Shown: piece by piece, positions 52,401 to 64,000 of the stretch
Layout of the letters: every line of letters starts with the position of its first letter
Position numbering within the stretch: the stretch's first letter is position 1
Assembly (NCBI GenBank): GCA_036172245.1
Contig: JAYWIR010000051.1
Location: 496,001-560,000 of the forward strand
DNA from: Raillietiella orientalis
Taxonomy: Eukaryota
Reading direction: 5' to 3'
DNA: 64,000 nt
The notes under the pieces: model-generated
What the model saw: only the letters and a program-made list of their open reading frames with translations
What the model was told of the DNA's origin: nothing
Databases searched by the model: none
Program-made: the position numbers and the translations under genes

Positions 52401-54064
52401 GCGCACTGCGCGCAACGGGAGCCGTCATCGGACAAATCCAAACAGCGATCCGGAGCGGGGGAGGGAAAAGGTTTTTGAACCGCACGTAGCGACCGTTGAC
52501 CACGAAGGGGGAACGCGCGAAAACTGAGCTCCCTCCTGGATAGGTTCCGCGCCTCGTTCCTTCGCCTTTGGAGCTGCACACTTCAGTAGCGGTGGTTCGT
52601 GCTGTGGCTGTTTGTCGACAACCCCAAGAGGTGGGGGTGCCGTACTTGTTGCTCTGCAGGTCCGGTTTGGTTGAGTCTTTTCCATGAAGGTGGATGGGTC
52701 GTCATTCCCGGATGCGTCTTCGCCGTTCCCAATCGTCCTGTGCACCGACGACTACCGCCTGAGAGGTGGTAGTCGTTGGAAGACTGAGTGCCGTCGTGGG
52801 GCGCTGTATCGGAGGCGTTCCAAAAAGACGGATCAGGGAGCTGGTGAAGGAAGCACTCCTGGCTCCTGGCACGGGTCATGTTGAAGAGCCCGGTGCACGT
52901 CCGGTTTCTTCTTCAAGGCGGTGGGAGGTGGTTGCTATGGACGCGGAAGATGCTGGTTCCTGAGGCGGTGGGCGGGAGGAGCCAGGTTCTCCTCCGTTTC
53001 CGCGCGTTGCTATGGTTTCTCGTTGCCCGGAGACCGCCGCGTCGGCGTTTCTTGCTGCTGCTTGCGCTGCGCCAGCGAGGAGGGGTACTGGCGGTCGAGC
53101 TGCTGCTGCTTCCCGGTTGGTCCCACGTGGGAAGGGAGACGAGGGATCCTGGAAACCAGGCGTCGGTCCCGGACGGTCGTGCAGGGAGCGCCACGGGAGC
53201 ATTCCGGGTTCTCTCTGCAAGGTGGTCCGAAGAGACGTTGGCCCGCCCCCGGGGAGGCGAGGCAGGCCGCATCCCGCGCTTGGGGTCGCCTGCGCGTGTT
53301 CGGAGAGGGCACTGTAGTGGCTTCATGCAGAGCTCGCAGCGGCCGCGGCAGCTGGCATGTGGGAAGGGCGAGATTTCGGAAAGGGTCCGGCGCCGCTCAG
53401 CCTAAGGACAGGGAAGGGTGAGGCGAGAGGGGGGTGACGCGTGCGCGTTTCGGAGTCTACCTCCGAGGTTAGGGACGACGTTGTTGTCACAGAGGGAGCG
53501 GCGAGCGAGAAGAGAGTAGTTGCGGCGACCCTTCCCTTCTTCCTTGGGGCGGTGCGCGCGCGCCCTTTAGGGCCGGGAAACCTCCGCATCACCGCGGGGT
53601 GAAGGAGGCTTCATGGTCGGGGAGGAACCGGGGAGACCCCTGTCCAGGCGGAGGCTGGGCCTCTCTCGGTTCCCACCTCAGGCGCGACGAGACGCAACCG
53701 ACGGAGCTCTCCCGCGCTCATCTCCCCCCCCCCTTCTCTCCCTCTGTTTTTTTTTTTTTTTTTTATTATTCTTTTCCCTTCCGCTTCCAGTGGCGAGGTC
53801 TGCGAGTGCCCGCGAGGCGGCGGCGCGTTGCCGTGGCGAGAGCGCGAGCCTTCTGCCGGGTGGCTTGGGGCTCTCTCCCGAAAGCCGCCGCTCCGCCTTT
53901 TCCCGCGGGCGGGAGGGGGGAAGGCGTGGGAGGGAGGGACCTCCCCAGGTCGCTCGCCGTCGCCGCAGGCGCCAAAGCACAAGAACTGCTGCTGCTGCTG
54001 CTTCTACTCGTAAAGCTCCAAGCGGGCACTGCGCACCGGCCCCGTCCACGCCGCCTCCCCCGCT

Positions 54065-54305
54065 TCACCCCCGCCTCCCCTCCTCGCCGGGCGGGGAATC
54101 CTCTTCCTTGTAGTCCCGCACCAGGAAGGGCTTGCTGCGGTCGTCCGTGCGGGCGTGCTTGAGGGAGCTCCTGCGAAACCTCCGTATGGACTCCAGCAGC
54201 TGGCTCCTGTCCGGCGCGCCCTCCTGCGCCGGAGGCGTGGGCGAGGGCCCCCTGGGGGAGCTGCTCCCTGGAAGAGAAGAGGCGGTTCGCGAGCGGGGGC
54301 TCGCC
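54065..54305 (-). CDS. Probable 3' exon of a WH2-domain (actin monomer-binding) protein
   Basis: After a pyrimidine-rich acceptor (ccctctctccag) the frame reads ...SPRGPSPTPPAQEGAPDRSQLLESIRRFRRSSLKHARTDDRSKPFL. This fits the WH2 pattern R-x-x-L-L-x-x-I-R...L-K-x-x-x-T-x-D-R-S-x-P (54211-54122). Upstream exons are unresolved. Confidence 0.72.
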
Positions 54306-54543
54306 CTGGAGAGAGGGGAATGCAAGGGGGGGAGGAGGGGAGGGAACTCTGACCTTTCCGGCTCCCTTCTCCCCGCCCACTCGGCAGCTCCCCGGAGGTC
54401 TCCCGCGGAAAGGTCGAGGGCAGCGCACACCCCCTGCAGCAGCCCGACCTCGTCCCGCGCGAGTACCCGCCCCCCTCTCCCTTACTCCTCCTCCTCCCGA
54501 GGGGCGGGACGAAGCCGGGAGCACCGGACGATTCCTCCCCGTC

Positions 54544-54584
54544 CCTCCACCCCAGCGACCTTCCTTGGGTCGCTGGGGTGGAGG
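54544..54584. repeat. Perfect 17-bp inverted repeat with a 7-nt spacer
   Basis: CCTCCACCCCAGCGACC-ttccttg-GGTCGCTGGGGTGGAGG. Confidence 0.9.
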
Positions 54585-56703
54585 CTTTCCTTGGCTCAGC
54601 GACTTCCTTGGGGCAGCGACTTTCCTTGGCTCGGCCTCCCCCAGAAGAAGGGGAGCTATTGCCGTACCCATTTGGATGCTCGCGGCGGGTCCGCACACGT
54701 CCTCTGAAAGGTCACCCTTCTCCTGGCTGCTGCTGCTGTTTCTGCCCCAGATCAAGGCGTGGGCCACCTATACTTCCTCATCTGCTCGAAGACGCCCTCT
54801 GCTTCCCTTCTCAGCAGTGGTCGGTCCCAGGAATTCCTCCTCGTTCCCCCCCCCCTTCTCATAGTCCGAGTCAGGGGGCGCTCAGTCTCCTCCGGGAACG
54901 CGCGCGACCCGCCGCACTGCACCCCTGGCGGCGCCCATCGGAGGAGCGCCTTCTTTTCCCCCTCCCACTTTCTTGGCTCGCGACGTGGCTCTCCGGACCC
55001 GTGCCCGCCCCCGGAGTCCTGTGGGTCGCTCACGCGTGTCGTCACATCCTCCTTCACCCTTCCTCCCTCCGCGGAGGGAGTCCCCCACTTCCCATCACCC
55101 CTGCATCTTGCCCATGTCGCGCTCGCTGGCGAAGAGGGCTCGTCCGTGTGTAGGAGTTTTCTACTCCCATTTTTCTCTCCTCCGGGGGCGGGGGCTCCCC
55201 TGAGGATGACTCGGCAGGTCGGCCGTGGCTTCGCGGGCGCGTCGAAATCGGTCACGTGTCCCTCCGGCAAGGGGGTTCCAGCAGCGGTCAACTGGGGCGG
55301 GACGACAACCTCAGCAGCAGGAAGGATGGTCGGGGGGTTCTCCGTGCCCTCGGCGGGAGGGTCATCGCGGATCCGTCCGCTGCGGGACGGCCGTCGTTCT
55401 CCAATGAGACTCTGCGGCTGCGATCCGCGAGAGGTGGTGATTGGGGAGGGCAGCGGTCGAAAGGCGACCGGACTTTGGGGTTTGGCGGAGCGTCCACGGC
55501 CTCGCGGGCGGCTGGGGAGGTGCGTGTGGGACGCGTGGATTCCATTGGTGGGGCCGCGGGAAGAAGGTCAGCGACTCCGGAAGAGGGGAGGAGGGAGGAG
55601 AGTCGGCAGCTGCCACGCGGGTCCGCGTCGCGTCGGTCCGGCGGACGAATTCCCGGACCTCTGAGGCAGGCACGACGCCCCTTCCTCCACGGGTCTGGGG
55701 CCTCGGCAGTGCTGCTCCACTGTGGAGCTGCCCCGCTTCACGCACAGCAGAGGAACATCGCCGGGAGGCGGACGATCTCGTGTCGGAAGGGTGGTGGGTG
55801 GTCTACGATGGTATTACGGAACACCAACAAGATGGCCTACTCGGCACGACCGGAAGCGTTTCCGAGAGAACACTGCTGCTGCTGCCGTCGTTGTTTCCAC
55901 CGCCGTGGCGACCGGTGCTCGCCGTGACCTTCGTTTGCCCCGCGGGCACGGGAAGGAGGAGCTGTCTCCGAGGGGGAAGTGTAAGAGACCTCCGCTCTTC
56001 CTGGAGCAGAGGAATCAGCCGCGTGCCCTCGACGAGATTCCCTGCGGCGCCACTGGCGGCCCTGCATCAAGGTGCCGGGTGCCCCCGGAGGGACCTCCGT
56101 CCGCCCGACGGGCGCGGGAGAGCAGTGCGCGCCGGCTGGAGTCGCGCGAGCTGGCTCGGCCAAAGTGGTCCGGAAAGGGCAGTAGCGGCGCCGCAGGCGG
56201 TGATCCTCGACCTGGGTCGCGTGCGCCTAGACCTGCCCCCGGGGAGATGCGCGCGCGGTCGAGGAGAGGGCGGCGACAAGCGGTGGGGCTGGCGGCTGCC
56301 TCCCGGGGTGGACTATGAGCCATTGTTCCCGCCGCGGGAGAGGGAATTCTCAGCGGCTTCCCGAAGCCGTCGGCTTGGAAACGGAATCTCGGCGGGTCCA
56401 TGCCGGAAAGGCACTCACGGCTGCCAGGATCCTGTGCTGCGGATGTCGGCACGCGGTATCTTCGACTGCGACCTGTCCCCGCCCCGAGGTTGAATTCCCG
56501 TTGCCCTGAGGAGGTTTCCACCTCTGCTTGGGGTGATCACTGCGGAATGGATGACGACGCGGCCGGGGCCGGTAGGGAGTTTGGGGGCGAAGGAAGGGGT
56601 GGAAGGGCTGCCCCCTCCCCCGCGAGAGACAGTGTTCATGTGGGTTGTTCGGATGGTCCATCAGTGGCGGCCCCATCCGCTTTGAGGGGAAGCGCACGGG
56701 CCA

Positions 56704-56750
56704 GCGACCACCGGAAATCTCGGCCGCTGACCGAGATTTCCGGCGGTCGC
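56704..56750. repeat. Near-perfect 20-bp inverted repeat with a 7-nt spacer
   Basis: GCGACCaCCGGAAATCTCGG-ccgctga-CCGAGATTTCCGGcGGTCGC (19 of 20 positions paired). Confidence 0.9.
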
Positions 56751-59700
56751 GGAGCACAGAGCTTGGATGTTGCCCCATGAGGATGGTCACAAGAGGATGC
56801 CTAGAAGGAAGACAACCTGAGGAGAATAAGCAGGGTCACCACGGTGCCCTTGAAGCCGGGGATCATGGGAAGTGACCGGACGACGGGAACTGTCCCGGAA
56901 GGAATGGGAATGCAGCACAGGGACGCGGTTCCCCACGAGGGACGAGGGAGACGCCCATGGTGCTTTGGTCGGGAAGCCCTGCTGTCCGAGCGACCCAGGT
57001 AGGGTCGTTCGGGTCCAGAGGAGTCGCTGGCGTGAACTCGCGAAATGCCGGCACATGCACCTCAGCGCTTTTAGGAAGCGCCAGAGGGTTTTGGGTGGCA
57101 CCGGTCAGACTGATTGCCGCACTCCCGAGGGCACTGGCGGAGAGGGCAGAGGAGCGGTAGTTGGTGGTGGTGGAGGTCGACCAGCTAGCAGATGCGGGGA
57201 AGGAGAAGGGGGGGGGGGCGAGTGGAATCAAACCGAGATGGCTGTGCGCTAACCCAGTGGGGTCACACGAGGAGGAGCTTCCGGCCATATCTTCCGCCTC
57301 GCGACCCGCTACTTCAATCCCGAGCGCCTTCCTGCCGACACGGTCCTCGCGCGCAACCAGGACGAGCGACTAGTGGGCAAAGGAGGGCGGGAGTCCCTCC
57401 GGGAAGGGGGAAGAAGGGATCTCGGGGGACGGCGGTGTGGTGGAGGAGGTCTCCACCTCGTCCTTCCGCGACCAGGCGGGGGGGAGTGACTCCCGCAGGC
57501 AGCGGCGCTTCTCGCGACCCTGGCCGCTCTGGACTCAGTCGGAAGTTCCCGGTTTCGATTTGCATCCCGGAGGTGGGAGACAGGTGCGCGAGGGAGGCGG
57601 AGCACGAAGGCAGGAGCAGCGGAAGCGACGAGAAGTTGCGATGTCGCTTTCCTGCCATTCCGCGCGCAACGATGGGGGTCGTCTTTCGCCGGAGGCAAGT
57701 CGTGCCAAGGAAGCTAGGTGGCAGGTGGGGGGTTGACCTCTGGCCTTCCGGAGGCTCAGCGATCTCTGTGAAGGGGGGTCCGACCGACCAACCCCTCGAG
57801 CTTTTTCGCAGCCCTCGAAGGGCCGAACCCCTCGGAAGAGCTTCAGGAGCCGGGAGGGAGCGGCGCCGAGGGATTCTTTCCGCGCTCTCCGAGCAAACTC
57901 CTCCTTCGTCCCCCACTCGTCTGGCGGTGCGTAGGAGGGAGAGCGGGTTGGCAGGAGTGAAAGGGGGAGGGGGGATGATTTGGACCCCACCAGAAGCCGC
58001 CACGACTTCCACCCTGGAGGGGATGCCACGGAAAGGATGGAGGGCCCTCGCCTCTCATCCCTCGCCAGCGGGAAGTCGTCGTCATCTTTCGCAGCGCGTG
58101 CCGGAGGAGCCCGCGGCCAGGAGGCGCCACGGACAAGGGAGGGGCGTGGCAGCTGCCGTGCGGGATTCACGAAAGGGGACGGCGGGAATCCGGAAAAAGG
58201 CCAAGGGTCCGGTAGAAATGAGGAACGAGGGCCGAACTCCTGTCCGCCACGGAGGGCAACCCTCAGCGCGGGATGCAGCGGGATGAGGCGGCAGAGGCCG
58301 AGGGCGGATCTGACAAACGGCGAAAGGGGAGGAGGGAGCAGCGAGGGGGGTGCCTCTCGCGTCATTGTCTCATGGCGGACTCTGGTGAGGATCTTCAGGG
58401 CCGAATTCGGAACCGCCGCAACCGGGGGAATCGAAGGGGGGCCGCACGGAGTTCCCAGATGCGCCTCCCCATCCGGTGCGGATGTCTGGCCAGCACGAAT
58501 CAAAACAAACCGGAATGCGAGCGAATCAACGGAGTGCTCGTTGTGATCGTAGGTCCGTCTCCTAGGAACGAGGACCCTCTCCCCGATCGCGGTTACCTAT
58601 CTTCATCGTCGCGGCTTTTCAATGCAGTGCGGGCAGTCGCTGCGTCGTCGTCTCGATCCTGCTTCGTGGTAGTCACTGCCGCTGGGATTGGTGGCAGCAG
58701 CTTCACCGCTCTTCTTCCCCCCACTGCACAAGAGAGCGCGGATGCAGTCCGACCGGCACGTTCATGCTTTCCACTTTGATCTTCCCTTTCGGTCTTGCTG
58801 CTGCAGTCCGGTCGCTTTCGTTTGCGGCTCTCCCTTCTGACGATGGTGCCTCCAGCTGCTGGCAGCGCGGGGGAAGATGGGCTCGCGAAGTTGGCGTTCC
58901 AGGGAACGCGCCTTGGCAGCCCCTCTCCAGCGAACTGGGTTGTGAGAGGAGGTTTGCAAGGCGGTTCGCGCGCGAGGAGGTTCCTTTCCCGAAAACGCAG
59001 AATCTACTCTTTTGAGCGCCTCGGGAACACTTGCGACAGGAGCGCGGCTATCGTAACGATGGAAACCGCTGCCGTGCGAGCGGAGACTCCTCCTTGCGCC
59101 AATGCTTCTTCCCCCGCTTTGTTTCACCAGTTTCCCCTACAGCACTTCCCGTGTATTTTCGGAACCTCCACTATTTAGCTGTGCTGACCTTGGTCAATTA
59201 TAGCATCACAAGAAACGCTACAAGCAAAATGGCCAATGCTCGCTATGAGGACAAGAGGACATGACAAGAGTCAACCAGAGTTCCTACTGTAATGGATGCC
59301 TGAGTGGCAAGCAAAGAACAACCACAACAAAACAGAACGGAAAACAAGTGAACTCGTTGTCTTGGGGACGTATTGATTCGTGCTCCCTGGTGTGTTTCTT
59401 GTTCCTGTTTGCTGTCCATAAATGATGAGGAAACGCAAACACCTTAAGTGCAATGCACTGCTTGCGTCATAAAGCACTCAAGAACTGGTGTCTCGGGAAG
59501 CACACAGGCTTCATGTGCCCCCAGGGTCCGTTTGTTGATGCTTGAGTGGTACTGCACTAGGGTCAACTTGTGACAGCAGCGCAGCAGCGGGATCGACAAG
59601 ACCCGTAGGCACTGCACCTACGATGCTTCAGATGGTGATAGCATTTGCGCGTGGATAAAAGTACACGTACGCTACCGTAGTCGCAAGAGCTCTTGGCAAA

Positions 59701-60606
59701 AGTATACAAAATTCAAGAGAATCTCGGCGGTGATTACAACATGGAGGAATATTTACCTGAACGGATTTTAGTGGGTTTTAATCTCGCTTGACTAAACAAA
59801 GCGAGGTTTCCTCTTTTGGTCTCATAATTGTTCATCATTTCTGCAAGCTCTTAAACCTTCATATTCTCTTACTTCAGTACTGAAAAATATATCTTTACTT
59901 CAGTGTGAAAAATCACTCATTCGAACACGTAAGCAGCAGCAACCCTCTCAGTCTATGCTCAAAACGCGTGTTAGAACCTCCATGAGCGGCGGCCGTCTTT
60001 CGTTTTCAGACGTTGCTCAGGCGTCTGGTTCGGGATCTCGCAAATCGGCTCCGCAACCGTCGCCACGACCGCCTAGCGGATTCTTCTACTTCTAGTTGCG
60101 TTTTTTGTTACTGGGGAAACGGACTCTTCGTCGTGTGGCTGTTTCCACGCCGGCACGTTGGTGCGGCGCAGCAGTCCATCGCGTGGTGTGCGGAGCACAT
60201 CTTCACCCTATATGAACTCTGTGGGGCAGACCGACTCGGTGTCTCGATCGGATTAACGGGAAGGAAAAACGAAATTCCGCACTTTTTTTAGGTTTCTTTT
60301 TTCTCCTTTCCTTTGATGTCATCTCTTTTCCTCGAAGGAATCTGTTTCTGATACGGGCGAGAGCGCGAATCGGGGCCGGAAGGAAGCCGGTGGCTAGGTT
60401 CTGAACAGCAAGGAAACTTTCGGCGGTGCGCCGGGTGGTCAGATCGAGTTCCTCCTGGCCCGAAGAGCTCGACTGAACTCGACACTCACAAAAGGATGCC
60501 ACGAAATTTGAGTTTCCTCAAAGTCAGTCCATTACGTTAAAAAGAGTTTCGCTTTTTTTGTGTGGGTAAAATGAACACATAAATAAATTGTGCCCAGCTT
60601 TTTTTT

Positions 60607-60641
<35 letters not shown>

Positions 60642-63600
60642 GAGGCGAGCACTTTCCAAGTAAGCACTGCAGCGGGCGCTTCGGCTGTAAAAACAATAGA
60701 GGGAAGCATCCTCCTTTTCCTTCCTTTTTTTTCTTTTGTGTGTTTGGCTATGACTATGTTTATGCGTTTATTTAAAAAACTTTCCGTGCCCACATTCGCT
60801 CCCTGCATTTCCGTTTGCACAAACGTAAACACCGGCGACTTCATTCCTTCGGGACGTACCAAAGAATGCGTGAGCGCGAACGGGAACACGCTTTGGTGGG
60901 CCAGGAAGGCAGCATCCGCGACATTCCCGGCAGGAAAAGAACAGAAGCTGGGCACCTGCCATGCCGTTGAGAGAGTTATCTGTTCTCTCCGGACAAACTG
61001 CGGACCCTGAACACATGGGAGGTGTGCAGCCCATTTGTGTCTCAGTGGATCTCAGTCACCGTTTCAGTCGTGGTGGCATCACGGCAACCCTGAGGAGGAG
61101 GCGAGTCCTCCACCACCACGTGCTCAGCTGGAGTTGTCTTTGCTCGGAGTTGCGAACGACTGGGCGTTGCTGACGATCTGAGCTCTCCCAAAGCAGACTC
61201 TCACGTGAAAAGCACAGGAAAACACGGGAACACTTGGGGCTCTCGTACCCGGAAATCTTTCCAGCAATTTGGCATGAGAGCGAGGCAACTCGGTCGGTAC
61301 TGAACACCAGTTGATAAAAAAAAAAAAAAAAAAACCAAGCACCTGAGATTCCTGAAATGTTTCAACGAATGAGCAAGTCATTCATTACGCTGCTGCTCAA
61401 AGTTCAGGAGCTGTTAATCATCCAAGAAGTCATCTATTTCGAGTGTTTTCCCCGAGTTATTCAGAAGCAGCATCATCGCAACATCGCGGAAACGACCCTG
61501 TGGCAACAACTCTGCGTACACATATGTACGTCTGTCTGCGAGAACAAAAGAATTGTTTTTGCCAAGATATGGAAAAACCGTTCCGCTCAACCCTTACAGT
61601 GCTTTCTTTTTGGCGAGAGATGTATTTAGTTGTGGTAGGGTATTTTCTCTTTTCCAAACTTGCATGGCTACGTTATCTGCTGTGGCGGCTCGTCTTGATT
61701 CGGGTTCCTTGGATCTGTTTTTTTGCCACTCAGCTTTCCTGTCAATACCCAGAAACTGGAACAGGGAGGGGACACGGAGAGAACTGGGAAAGGGGGTTCT
61801 CGCCGGTGGGCCATCGGGAAAGCCCCAAGCCAAGTGGGCATAGTAGCAGATCTTCTGCTGCTTATCTCTTCTGCTTTCATGAACAAGAAACGGTTTCTGT
61901 CAAAGCACTCCCCGTTGTGACATTCAAACGCGGGCGTATTCCATGGAAGGTCAGCGAGATTCCCTGGTCGACCTGAGCTCCGATTCGATGAACAAGCGTT
62001 CGTCCCTTTACAGTCCCTTCTGCTGCGGCCTACAGCAGTGTTTCTGTTTGTCCCCGGTGAAAGCAGTTATGAAACGACAAACCACTTGAAAAGTGTTTCA
62101 GCGTCGGACGGTGTTTCCCTTCTTCACCTACGAAGAAAGTTTTCTTTCAGCAGAACTCTGGGAACTGAATCCAGAGCCGCTCTCTCGTTAGACGCTGTTC
62201 TAATCGTTCGACAGCTCTTTGCGAAAATCCTGCTGAATCACCCGAGTAATGTGGCAGAATTTTCTGGAAGGCTGCTGAAGGCTCAAGCTTAATTTAACTT
62301 TCTATTTTTGAGACTTTCTTTGATGCGTTTATTTTCGTAACGCATTGATGTTCTACAGTAGACTGACTGTGCTGGCTTGTACATTGGGCCTGGGCAAAGT
62401 TTTCAACTGGTAGCAACTCTGGACTCGGCGGAACCTCGACTGCGCCGCACAGCCAAAGAAATAGAGAGTTCGACGATTTCGACAGATGACGAGTTGAGTT
62501 CTTGGGTGGTGCGGAGGTCGAAAATGGCCGCCGTTTCCAGCTTCCCCTCTGATGCCCTCTTTCCAGTTAGGTCCTGAGTTCTGTGCCTCTTCTGACACTT
62601 CTAGCGAGAGGATCACGTCTACCCTCACTCTTTTCGGTTATATGCTGCCCGACCAATGTGTTCTTTTGTTTGGGCTGCCGCCAGTCGCTGTTAGCAACTG
62701 TCCCGAAATGTTTGAGAAAGAACGGAGTTGCGGCCACCCTCGTTGGTACGACCGTCCCAGGGAAGCCTTCCCCGCAGTGTACACTGAGCTATTTGACATC
62801 CTAAGAAGTGGAATCAGCCAAGCCGATAGAGCTGATGCTAACTGAAACGCATTCTGCGGCTTCACTCGGTTCTCATCTCAGTGTCCGTGCGTTTCCATGG
62901 GATCGGTTCTTGCTGCTCGCTCATCCGTTCCCTTTAAAACTTGTTGTCAGTCTCATATTCTGGACCGCAATGTTTGGAGCACTTCCAAAGACTCAACAAG
63001 AGCGGAAAAAATTTCAAGCTGAACACCTTCGTCTAGGGATTTTTCTTTTCCGTTTCCTCGATTCCTCGTTCCCAATAAATACCGGCCACCTCCACTCTTT
63101 ACATTGAACGGCCGGATGGCCCAGCAATGGTACTCACATAATTCACATGTGGAGTGTTCAGCTGCGTCATCGCAGTGTTTTTCCGGTATCTGTGGGTTTT
63201 GAAAACGGTTGCTTTGCTTTCCATCGACTGGCTGATTCATTTTTGTTAAGGTTTGAGTGGTGGCCGATGTTGGTTGATTCAATTTTCCTGATTCTCCTCT
63301 TCCTGAAAGGATCCTTTCGTAGGAGACGACTTGGCTTCGCTTCTTAAGCTTCCTTTTCGATATGTAACCCGGGATTGTGATTCCGATAATTGCTATTAAA
63401 ACGAGTGGAAACCCATCTCTTAAAAAAAAAAAAAAAACATATTTTCCCCTTTTCTTGACATGACAGTATAATAGTTAACACTATTAACAGTACTTAACAA
63501 AAGTAGTCCACCTTCTTCCTCAATTAAGTGCACATAATCATGAGCTTTTTTGAATAATAAACAGGAGAGCAGTGATTTCAAAACCAATGACTGATTACTT

Positions 63601-64000
63601 TTGTGAAAATTAGGACTTTCGGGAATTTCGTGACGAACTGCGTTTAAAGTTGCGGTACCAGAATGTTTATTTACGAGGGTAGTGAAGAATGTAATGTAAC
63701 ACGTCGTTGCCTAATGCATACCCACACTTGTTCTTCAGTCAGCGAATTCTCTATGTGATGACGTTTCCTGTGACCTTTTTCCTTTCCCAACTGCTCTTCC
63801 GGCAACAGTTTTGATGCTGAGCGTCGTTCCGAGGGTTCGAATCCTTTTCGTGCTACCACGTGACTCGGCCAACCAGTGCAACCCTTCCCTCGTCGAATTT
63901 GCTGCTGCCGTGTACATGCCCCCCCCCCTTCCCTCCCCCAAGGGTTGGTCTCCAACGCCTCGAGGACCTCTCTCGGCAGCAGAAGGCACTCATAAAGGTT

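Noticed and set aside
63831..63858. GAGGGTTCGAATCCTTTTCGTGCTACCA, resembling a tRNA T-arm and 3' end
   Set aside because: No matching 5' acceptor strand, D-arm or anticodon arm upstream; only a B-box-like match.

Overview
Eukaryotic (metazoan) genomic DNA with very short GT-AG introns (about 42-105 nt) and blocks of contrasting composition: GC-rich at ~1-26 kb and ~52-59 kb, AT-richer at ~27-51 kb and ~59-64 kb (judged by eye). Three spliced genes can be reconstructed exon by exon. (1) A divergent swiprosin/EFHD homolog with degenerate EF-hand loops (minus, 2759-3988). (2) An NR2C (TR2/TR4, Hr78, nhr-41-type) nuclear receptor (minus, 24398-29698 or beyond). (3) A UBE2H ubiquitin-conjugating enzyme (plus, 44098-45563) whose first intron has U12 (minor spliceosome) signals. 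There is also a WH2 actin-binding motif at ~54.1-54.2 kb (minus) at the 3' side of a long GC-rich, low-complexity region whose exon structure I could not resolve. Other observations are a bantam-like 22-mer in an imperfect hairpin inside the NR2C intron, several near-perfect short inverted repeats, CRE/NRF1 motif clusters, and many microsatellites and homopolymers. Tiny introns, TTTTCAG acceptors and a retained U12 intron would fit a clade I nematode (Trichinellida-like), but that is inference only. Most ORFs in the supplied track look like chance or antisense ORFs in GC-rich DNA. I found no rRNA, tRNA, CRISPR array or recognisable transposon, and no clearly novel multi-gene system.
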